A DNA stretch of 64,000 nucleotides, taken from Tubulanus polymorphus. Its lineage: Eukaryota > Animalia > Nemertea. The stretch's first letter is position 1. Each line of letters starts with the position of its first letter. This document shows positions 23,401 through 34,145 of the stretch, one piece after another. A program made the position numbers and the translations under genes. The DNA lies in NCBI RefSeq assembly GCF_964204645.1, contig NC_134026.1, forward strand, positions 5,045,950 to 5,109,949. Direction: 5' to 3'. The notes below the pieces were generated by a model. That model made no database searches. It had not been told where the DNA came from and saw only the letters and a list, made by a program, of their open reading frames with translations.

Positions 23401-24789
23401 GTTCTTTAAGCTTCTTTAATTTCGGTTTACAGGGTTTCAATTCGTAATACTGGTGCTTAACCGATTGAACCTGAAAACCACATTTCAAATATACGAATTT
23501 GAAGTAACATCTTTTTGCAAAACCCACTGGCAACCCAGATTTTGATTTAGGGCTGCTGGGTTTGTAGCAGTCAACTGATGCAATATTCTTTATGAAGTAA
23601 AAAAACCAGCACTTTTATGACAATACAAAGATAAGTTCGTCGAGTTTTTCTAAATGAACCTAATCTATGATAGGGGCCTATAAGAAAATACATTCGCGAT
23701 CAAATTTTAAATCGACTTTGAAAGGAACAACCACCGGTGAAATACTTGACATTAAGACTACGAATAATAACCAATTACAATGGCACATCTTGTAGTTTCA
23801 GTTGATTCCGATAGTTACAATCGCAATTTATCAAAGCTGCATTTCGAGCTAAATTGGACCTTTATTTGAATGAAATTATACCATTTCGCGATAGAGATTG
23901 TTTCCCTTGGACTGTTCTCTCTGGACCTTCAGTCAAAGATTCTACATCATCACCACTACGAAATTGATGCTCAAACTTTGAAATGACTTACATATCTGTT
24001 AAGGACATCCGGCTCTTGTTCATCAGAATTGATAATATCTAACGTAGGTAGAAGCAGTAATGAATTCGAAGTCTCCGCTTCTTTCATATTGTATGTTTTA
24101 TCACTAGTACAGAGGACAGCTCCTTCATGTTTCTCTCCTCGGATGCTTAGCCTGTGGAAAGAAAAAGAGAATATATCTACGCTGGAAATATCTAAAACCA
24201 AAGTATTCGAACTTCATCAAATCGCTGGTATCAATCATAGATTCACGAAAGCTTCCATGATTTTGAACAACTACGCGAGTCTCTGATACAGAAATTTCCT
24301 AAATACTCAGACATAAGTCCACAAGTATACAAAAATAACTACCTATCTCCTTTTTTCAATGATTGGTAAACGTCGTCATCTAACTCGATCAACTTTACAT
24401 CTTCATGGTCGAGATCGGCAGCAAAATATATGCTTTGCACCGTTGGCTTCAGTTCTGAAGGATCTAATTTTGCATATTCGACTATTTTGTGAATCCGTTC
24501 GAGGGACCTGGAACGCGATTGAAAATATGAATTAATTTCTAACGACCTCTTTCGGTATTTAGTACGACTCGACGGAGCAAAGAACAGAATGCGTCAAGAA
24601 CGCCAACTTTTGGTAAAAACACTGTCAAATAATGCAAATATAATTATTTATTTATCTTGTAATAACTAATCAAGTTGAAGGTGCAATGTTGGAGTGGGTA
24701 GCTATTAATGACAATTATTTTAGCAACCTTTTTTCCGAAAAACTACATTGAATTTCGGCCAATTCGTCTATGCTACTAGTAGTCGCCAT
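20458..24789 (-). CDS. DSCC1: Sister chromatid cohesion protein DCC1
   Basis: Spliced ORF from ATG 24789 through AKLDPSELKPTVQSIYF, LSIRGEKHEGAVLCTSDKTYNMKEAETSNSLLL, YYELKPCKPKLKKLKELL, IQASE.EL, DFMKTWNESVP and RFAALF..KEKW to LLTKNCRTSTQNG. Stop TAA is at 20458-20460. Confidence 0.93.
20709..21968 (+). mobile_element. Non-autonomous Helentron-like element (HINE/DINE-1-like) in last DSCC1 intron
   Basis: 5' TTTTTAGCCCACTTGGG subTIR with a nearby inverted copy CCCAGCGGGCT, then a (GTCC)n microsatellite and internal tandem arrays. The 3' end has the subTIR CCCAAGTGGGC (21935-21945), a short hairpin GGTGTCC-CT-GGACCCC and CTAGTT. Confidence 0.85.
21300..21900 (+). repeat. 154-bp tandem repeat x4 inside the HINE
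   Basis: The anchor CACCAGGGGG recurs at 21417, 21571, 21725 and 21879. A separate pair of about 172 bp lies at about 20790-21130. Confidence 0.9.
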
Positions 24790-24795
24790 ATTGGA

Positions 24796-24831
24796 TTTCC
24801 CGCGGGAATTACCCCGACGAGGTTCGAATCC
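24796..24831. promoter_or_regulatory. E2F-like palindrome plus B-box-like motif between DSCC1 and DEPTOR
   Basis: TTTCCCGCGGGAA (24796-24808) lies next to the DSCC1 ATG. GGTTCGAATCC is at 24821-24831. Confidence 0.55.
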
Positions 24832-25356
24832 TGAATTTCATTAACGAAGGTTTATTGATTTAAATTCTCTCTGGTCATCTTTCTAGATTCACAACTATTC
24901 AACGAAAATATTCTATAACGTTTAACCTTTAATGTATTGAAATAGAAAATTACTGACAAAGTGTAATTAAGGCTAAGCTACTTTGAGCGTCAAAATTAAT
25001 TTTCCAAAGGTTTAGGCGTAATTAGATACCGTAGGCCTACTTATAATTGATAAGTCCTACAAATCCTTTTTAGAATAGATATACTAAATTGTAGATTTGC
25101 ACATATCGATTTTATATATATTTTATTCTACAACCTTTTATTGTGGTTTCCTACAACATGTATATGCGGTGTAGACTACATGTTATACTGATAAGACTAC
25201 ATGAGGAAATAAACGCATTGACCTCTTTCTATATGAATGATACAATAATATAGAAAAATTGAAATAATAAAATTTAAAATAAAAAACATACACACCAGGA
25301 ATGGACGCTATCCGCTATTAGGTTATGATTAAAAGTGGAAATGCATCTGAGATAAG

Positions 25357-28300
25357 ATGTCACACTTCAGCAGTACCAGTGCATCATTTGTGTTGAGTTA
25401 TAAGCATCATTTAATGTCTTCACTTATTTCAAAATCAAGTATTGACTCATCGAGTGTAAACCATATTGGACGACATAGGACGTATTTGTCTAGTGCGTTT
25501 GATTACAATATTTTCCTTGCTGCTGAACAGCTAAGGCAAGTATCTACTGGTAATGATAGATTAACCATTGCATTTCGATGATAAGTTTGAATCTGATGAT
25601 GGTTTATAAAGCCTTCCTTGTGCATGAAAAGGTACAAATCGTCCTGTAGGATTTCGAAATTAACTTAAAGATGAAACCTTTATTAAGATGTTGAATCTGG
25701 TCGTGGTTATTAAAATTTGTGACACATTCATTTGTATTTCAGAAGTTGTCATTAAGATATGTTCATTAATTGCCCTAAATGGGCTGTTTGTAATTTACTA
25801 TATTCATCCCCTTTGCACAGTTGTTATCCATCTATCATCACTGAGGAGATCATTCGAAATGTGATTGAAAATTATATCTCCATTTTACAGGTATAATCTG
25901 AAGACCAGCAAGATTCTTATGATAAAAGACCGAAAGTACCACCTGCGGACGTATAAATGCTGTTTTGTTGGCTTTGAAACGGTAGATTGGTTGCTACACC
26001 ATGGGGAGTCGGATAATCGAGAAACTGCTGTAGCTGTGATGCAACTTCTGCTTGAAAACGGAATTATTCACCACGGTAAGAATTGTAGTCGCTTACTTAA
26101 TTGCTCTAAGCCTGCTGCTAGGCCTACAGCATATTGAGATTCTATCCCTTATGATATCTCTTGCATGATGTGATGTGATCTCTCTTTTCTCTGGGTTTTA
26201 CCTAACATTACCCTGAGATGGATCACATAGCCTACTATGACAACATGTTTGTGCTTGGTCTTATAAACACCTTGTACTGGGAGCTGATCTGTGGTGAGAA
26301 TGAAACCTCGAGTTTAAACTCATTATTTCTGCGAGGTGTATAATTCATATTCTTGGACAAAATATCTCGCATTTCTTCTACAACATGCATATATTTGGAT
26401 AGGCCTACCTAGCTGAGGGAAAACGATTTTAAAAATCATCCACAATTTGATATACTATTCACTAGGTCTTGTCAATGTTTAGGACTCAAGTATTAAACGT
26501 GTATTTCAGTATGTGACGACCACCAATATAAAGATGAGTATCTGTTTTATCGATTCCGACTTGATGACGGTACATACCCCCCAACGGATCAGAGTGAAGC
26601 CATTCTTTTCGGATTCGAATTGTATCAACTGCTTCTCAGGTGAGCCAGCGCTAGTTAGTTGTATTGACTGGCTAATAATGTTGGTAATCTTCTTATTGAT
26701 CATATATGAATTACAATTTTTCTTATAGTACGCGTGATGAAAATACAGTTTTTGGTGACCACATTAAAGATGGACACACATTTCCGAACTCGTTCATCGG
26801 ATGTGAAGTAGTACAGTGGCTGATTATTCAAGAATCGCTGGCCAAATGTCGCGAATTTCTGGTTTCACGCATGAAAGATTTAATTGATTATGATGTCATT
26901 CGTCATGGTGAGTTCTTTTAGAACTTTATATCTGAAAATATGATATGTACCGGTATCAATACCATTATCCAATAGGTTAATCAAATACTAGTAGGCTACA
27001 ATATCAGTGACAACAGTTGACTAATTTGATGTCCAAAATGATTGATTTTTATTACGGGTAAGTGGAATTGCTTGGAAGGTCAGATTTGTGGAACTTTTTA
27101 TTCAAAGCATTTATGACCCCTTGACTTGCACTTTGGACTTATAGTTACTCCATTTATGAGACAGACCTCAGATAATATTGTACACAAACTTGACAAAAAT
27201 CATTTGTCACAATTTCGTGCACGGGACAAACTTTGGCCAATATGATAGAAGGTACTCGTCTTGACTTTTGCTCCCGATTGGCACAACTACGTGTTACTTT
27301 GGCCATCTGCCAAGAATTAATATCTCACCATCAGTTAATCGAGATAATCATTAACATATACATAGCTTTATTATGGCACCAATAATTGTGTGCGGCAAAC
27401 CTTCCTTGTTTTTTTTTTTAAAGAAATCATTTTCCTACGATTCATTTTGAAAATATTGAAAAAAGGTTGTTCAAAGGATTATTTCCAATGCGAGAAAGTA
27501 TGTTTTAAGTGATGATGCATTTACTGGTTTTATGGTATAAAACCATAAAATGTCTATGATGCGTCTGACATAATTCAATGGTTAATGGGTGAACCTAAGG
27601 TCAAATCTTGGCTCTCATTTCTAATATGACCTAATTTTATGGATCTTGCTTTGAAAAATCATAGTTTTGTTACCATTTTCCATGTATAATCATATCATAT
27701 TCGGAATTGTACGAAATGACCTGTTATTTGATCTGATTCATTATGAACGTTTTCAACCAGTCTGACTGACATACTTATAAGCCTATACACGTTGCTCCCA
27801 GGAAAATATTTTTGAAATACAATTTCATCATGATATCAATACGCATGACTGTGTGCATATAATAAGACGATACATAATTCTAGAAGAAACAATCTGAATT
27901 TTAGGGGAGGTTTCCTACAACAAAGGTCAATGAGCCATGTTTGGTACGTTACACAAGCTGAAAAAACATGTAATGGCATATATTTTTGTTTTTCTCTGTA
28001 ACTGTTTTAATTTGATGATTGCTTTACCCTCTCTGGGTGAAATGTGCAGTAAATTACAATGAACTGTTTTGCGTTTTATTACTTTTTCCCAATGCTTTTA
28101 TGTTGATATAAAGGTGTTATGTAGACCTTTAATGCCGACATTGACCGAATAAACTATGAATAGAGGTGTTCAGAAATATCCATTCCATGGTTCCAGGAAG
28201 TACTGGGTAATCAGAAAAAAACTTTTTGAAATATTATTATAACCCAGTTAGGAAACATTCGGGAATTAGAGGTTTCCTCTAATCTGGGAAATATTTTTTC

Positions 28301-31300
28301 CGAAATTCATTTTGCACTTCTCGTTGCATGGATATCAATTGCTTGCCCAAGGGAAATCTTTCCTGAAAATCAAAATGGAATTTTGAATTTACGGTAACTG
28401 TGGGAACTATGGAATAAGAATCCATGGTTAAATGAAAGTATAAAGCCATGTTTGTTGTTTATTTTTTTTCTCCCTCCCAGACTGTGAGCGTAGGTGTTTC
28501 TTCACCCAGCTCATCTTGTTTGTATTTATACCATGAACTACTTAAATACAGCAGTTCATTCACACCAGTGAACCCTGCGCGCTAGTGTTGTTAGTTTCTG
28601 TGAACAGGACTTCACTTTAGTACTCCCGTTGAGCTGTTCTTTGCTACAACCGAGCTTTTTAGGATCTTGAAAAGAGATTTCTCTTTTGTGCGCGGGAAAC
28701 TTCCATGTGAACGAACGAACGACTGAATGAGTTTTTATGTGACATTTGTACTAGCGCGAATAAGTGACTAGCTCTCGTAGTCTGACTCTGCGTTCACAGA
28801 TAGAGAGAGGTAGATCGTATATGAGTGCCAGTTGCATTAAAACTTTGCCGCTGTCTGTCAGTTTACTCCGAGACAAGTTCCGGCATTTATATTCTAAAAG
28901 CAAGAGTTAAGGCTGATGGATACAGAGTGGCCTAATATTCATGAGGAATGGATCATAGATAAGCGATTTGATGGAAACAAACATTTAAGGTAAACAAAAC
29001 AACTCAAAACAGTTCTGATAAAAATGCTAAATTGAACTTGATCTGATATTACTTTGGTCGCTTTTTCGGTTTCAAAGTTCAGTGTAATCGGGACCCAAAC
29101 ATGATGTTTGGGTCCCGATTACACTGAACTTGTGGGTACTTCTTCCATGTGACTACTAAGGACTCAAAAAGTCCATGCATTCACTGATAAATGAAAATCC
29201 ATCCGAAATACGTGGATGGTGAATCTTATTCATTCTAAAAATGATTATCTCTAACATTTAATCTGTATTTTTAATTGAAATATTTGTACCATTGCTATTT
29301 TTGTTCCATATGGCAGACAGACGGAACACGCCGACTGTCAACAGCTGGTTTTAGATTTACACGTGCCATGCTCATGATTGTCGAATGTCTATGAGGTCAA
29401 ATGTGAAAATATCTCGAATTTCCATTGAGATCTTGTTTCTATTCATTCAAACATGGATTATTTTTTAAATAGCGGTTTGCGTCATTTGGTTTTTAGATCA
29501 AAACATTATGGTTATCGTCCTGGAAAAATTTTGAAAAATTTTGTTGCAAAATTCCTGGCTAATTGGCTATTGGTTTAGTGGTAGTTAGGGATCACTTGAG
29601 TTTTTTTTTTTATAGATGTCATATCACAATAGCTAGGTGTGTATAAAAAATATGCTCGACCTGAAGCTGTCCGTCGTGTAGTACCGTTTCAATTAACCTG
29701 TTATATATTACAATTTCGATGTCACCTTCTAATTGATAAACCTAAAGGTGAAAATAAGGTGAAATACTCGAAAGCACACGCAGCATATCAACATACTTTA
29801 AACTCAATGTCCAGTCATGCAATTGTATGCATGTCCATCTGTTGTAAGTGCGCTCCTGCTGTCATATCATTATCTGTTCACAACACTATTTGTATTTACA
29901 GTTTTACTCTCATTAGACTGACATGTTGTAAGCGTGGATATATGTATTATATAAGTGGAATAAAATTCGTGTGAGTTATTATTATTTGCGGTTGTAAGAA
30001 ATGACAATGCACTTAGGAAAATATTCTATGAAATAATGATCTAGAATATTAGACTAAAGTGAACTTCAGGCTCTATTTACCAAATTTCTAGGCAGTTTAT
30101 TCACATAATTACAGCTCACAATAACTGTTTTAACTCCATGGATCCAGCACTTCTACAGTATGAAAAACTCATGAATTGGGAATATATACCATATATTGGT
30201 ATAAGCATGCTGGCGGTTAAAATGTCACAGTGAAGTTTCAATAGGTAGAGTAATTTTCAATAAAGTATAGAGACCTAGATGAGGTGCTTATTTCATTAAG
30301 AGAAGTTTTAGAGCTTATTAGGTTTACATCTTTTATCATAATTTTTCGTACTATTTCATTTACTCGAGAATTTGCTATCGTTGAGTGGAATCATACGTAT
30401 TGAATTTGTGCTGTATAATATATATATTTGTATCTGATGGATTGACGTCAGTATCTTTCAGATAGATATTTCCAGGAAATCTGCTCTCGACTAAATGCGA
30501 CTGCGGATCAATAGTCATAGCTGCTGTTGATATTAGAAATAAATGTGTTAGGATTGCCGTAGAATGAAAAATTTCTCAATTTACTATTTATTCGGCATGT
30601 GTAACGCCATCTGACTTTTTTGCCCTATCAACATTGACATCCTGTGATTTTTCTAATCGCCGGAGACTATTGAAAATTGGACTTATGAGTATTGGTTCCA
30701 TGCGTAGTATTATAGGACTCAGAATTCAATCTAACTTAAACAAATCTGACTGTATGGCCGTGCTCTTTTTATAGCTTTCGCTATTGATTTCAAATTCAGT
30801 TTTTGAAATTTTTGAATTTTCCTTACATAAAGCCCATTCATTTTTCTGCGACTACCAACAACGAAAACCTTTTAGCTCACAGGTTTATATTTATGGTTTT
30901 ATAATGTTTATTATGAGTATGTGATCGGTAGGTAACGTCACTTTAGTTCTGTGAAACTATGGATTTGTGGATTCTCTTCTGTGCAGGCTAACAATAGACC
31001 ACCTAGGATCTCAGTCACAAAAGGGAATATAATGCAGAAAGGGGTAGTCTTAAGTGAAGTTCTTGTTTCGTAACCATCTTCGTTTCTTTATTCGCAGTAA
31101 CTGGAGACCATCATTTTCAGGATAATGACCACCTGTATGAGTTTTGCCGGGAATTTACGCAAAAACGAAGTTTAGCTGGACTATTGTTGCAAAATCGAGG
31201 CATATCTGAAACTCGTATGATGAATTCACTGGCGAGTCACCCAACCAATTCGACTACGGTGAAATCTCGTCGTTATTCTGTTGGTAAGTGTTTGTACGAT

Positions 31301-34145
31301 CATTTCATAGTTAATCTTTCGCAATCTTCAAACTATTCAACCATTCTTAGATCAGTAGTAATTCTTAAAGTAATGAACCTAGTTCTGAAGATCATTGAAA
31401 TTGCGGAGAAAGTGAACATCATGGGTCAGATTCTACTAATTATTTTTACAAATTCTTTATTGATGTTTTCAGGAAAATATATAATCTAAAACTTCATTGT
31501 ACTTTAAATTGTACTACATTTTGAGCCAGGGCTGTAAAAGAACTCATGCATAAATGTGCATAGAATGAAATTTCAATTACAAGCATGTATGGTACACGTC
31601 ACATGCTCTTGAAAATTAAGTTTCAGGTGTGATTGTGCATTTGTTTTGAAATAGTCCCGAATAACTATTTTTCATCGCATGCCCAGACATGAGACAACCT
31701 TCGATATTGAACACACAAGATGACGTGCATTCATTTCAAATCAATCCCTTTTCATATTGATTATAAAAATGAAACATGTTTATTCTATTACGTTTTATCA
31801 CGAGCATACTGCATGGGCGATCAATCTATGATTTTATTATGCACTTGTAGTTCATGGGTTCTGAAAAGTGTTTATGTTTTGTACGTGAGGCCTATATGTT
31901 GAACTCACCATTGCTACACGTGCTGAATGTTGTTCGTCCTTTCCGTGAACTGCATGCAGGGGATGTTTTGTAATAAATTACTTTCTTATTTCCCTTCCAA
32001 CTTTGTTTTGCCCACTTTGGTTGAATAAATGCTCCACTTTTATCCATATTTTCACAAATTTTACAAGTCTACAAATAAAAAGATTGCCGAAGAGTTTATC
32101 TGGAAATTATTGAATATATGATATTCTGTATAATATATGATATTTATTCGCCATGTAAATAATTTGTTAAGAATAGATTTGTCTTAAATTTAGGAAATAA
32201 GACATATTCAGCCATGCATTTAGAATGTCCTGACAACCTAGACTACCGTCTGTTTGGTGGAATTGGTCAATGACCTGGCCAGTCATGAAAACATTGCAAA
32301 AGGTGGAAATTCCCCACTGTCCATATGTCTATATTTTGGTGCCGTTATTCCTGAGAATAACTCGTAAAATTAACATGCCAGTCAAGAGTAGATAATGTTC
32401 AGGACTGGGATAAGTTTAAGACTTTAAGATAGAAGGGTTTAATGTGATGGATTTGAAACTAGAAAATCATTGCCATTCAATTACAGAAAGTGCCGCGAGC
32501 AGTTCGAGTCAGGCAAGCATCGAGCGAGAATCATCGGACGCGATCTCGGAAGATGAAATATCGTTGGAAACCGTCCGTCAGAAAAATGCTGGAAAAACAC
32601 CGAAGCCAAGTATATATCATTTTACTTTCTTGTTCGAAAGTTTCTGATGATGAAAATTTCTTTTGAGGCATGAGCCATATTCTAAAAAGTGTAATTGGCT
32701 TAAATTCCGGAGCAAAAGATGAACTGCTCACATTTTTTGCTATGGTTCCAGCACAATTATTGAATTATAGATTATTTCAACAAACCTTATAATGTGATAT
32801 TTTGGTATTGAATTTTATGGTTTTGAGTTGCAAACATTTGTTCAGGAGGACCATTCCAATTGGAAAAATTGATAATTTTGCTCGATCTATTTTCAGTCAT
32901 ATATCGCAGCGTGTCTGTCGAAGAACTAGAAGAACCAAACAGTCCTTATGTAAAAAAGAATATCCTTGTGAGTACTTCAAACGCGGTTTGATGTTGACTT
33001 TGGTGTACTAGACTTCCCGCCCGAAAGCGACGTGAACTGTGTTACTACAATGTATTTCATTAGCGTTGTATCAATAATAATTTGTTTCGTAATGATTGCG
33101 TTATTGATTTCCAAAATGCGGAGGGAATGAGGCACATTAGACCGTGTTAATTATGTGATAATGTGTATTGCCGGCAAAAATGGCCTCATTATGTGTCATA
33201 TGCTTTCAACGATTGAATAAATAATGATGCACTATTTATGTATTATAGATTCAAAGTGACGCTGTTGGTTATGGATTTGTCCTGCGTGGTTGCAATCCAG
33301 CGTATGTACAAACAATAGATCCAGCTGGCCCTGCAGCGGCTGCAGGATTAAAGGTGTGTTATAGTCGACCAATCAATGAATACATATTGTATTATATTTA
33401 GGAGTATGAAAAATCCCTGTGGTTCCTTCCTTGGTTCACTTACTCGTTCTGGTTCAAGTCCCTTTATTCACTAAACACATCGGAATCCCTAGTATCTCTA
33501 TGTCAGCTTTGAGAATTGTTCACAGTAAACGATTTTTAGTTTAACATGAAAAATTCAATTTGTGTTGATATATAGAGAATCCAACACTAATAATGAGAAA
33601 GATGAAGTCTGAAAAGTTTCCTTTGAGCTGATGATTAATTGATTCTACGTTTCTACTTTAACTTAATATTCCTCTTCAGAGATACAATGGATGTTACTAA
33701 TTAGGTTATTGTTGAAACGTTGAATCATCGAATTATTAGCTTAAAGGAACCTTTTTGGACTTCATTATCTATCGTTATATCAGTGTGGGAATCTCTATAT
33801 ATTTACACAAATTGAATTTTGATATAGTGTTTCATCATTGGTTATAAATTTGTGTCCTTTAAACTTTTAATCAAACCATTTACCTCACTTGAATTTCCTA
33901 GTGAAGGACACTTCCCCTGCAATTTACAGGTTCTTGTCATTGAACTGTATTGTTTGAAGTAAACGAAAAATTATGGGATTTGGTGAAAACCTTTGTATCA
34001 TTTCTTTTAGGTGCGACATTTGATAGCAATGGTGAACGGAACAAATGTTCTAAGACTTGGACACCGGCAAGTTTCGGACATAATACTGCGAAATGACAGC
34101 GTAAACTTAGTGATTATGGTTCATTTTCGTGATGCTTCCATGTAG
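25357..34145 (+). CDS. DEPTOR: DEP domain-containing mTOR-interacting protein (DEP-DEP-linker-PDZ), 9 exons
   Basis: Exons about 25357-25535, 25891-26075, 26510-26639, 26729-26907, 31098-31283, 32488-32609, 32897-32967, 33249-33353 and 34011-34145. Peptides: AEQLR..[49 protein letters not shown], a second DEP domain, and VSVEELEEPNSPYVKK.I.IQSDAVGYGFVLRG..IDPAGPAAAAGLKV..VNG (PDZ). The start ATG is uncertain. Confidence 0.92.
29075..29131. repeat. Perfect 28-bp inverted repeat with 1-nt spacer
   Basis: AAGTTCAGTGTAATCGGGACCCAAACAT-G-ATGTTTGGGTCCCGATTACACTGAACTT. Confidence 0.95.

Noticed and set aside
24811-24840. tRNA genes at the GGTTCGAATCC sites (also 43741 and 63071)
   Set aside because: No acceptor stem, D-arm or anticodon arm can be folded. 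They are reported as isolated motifs instead.
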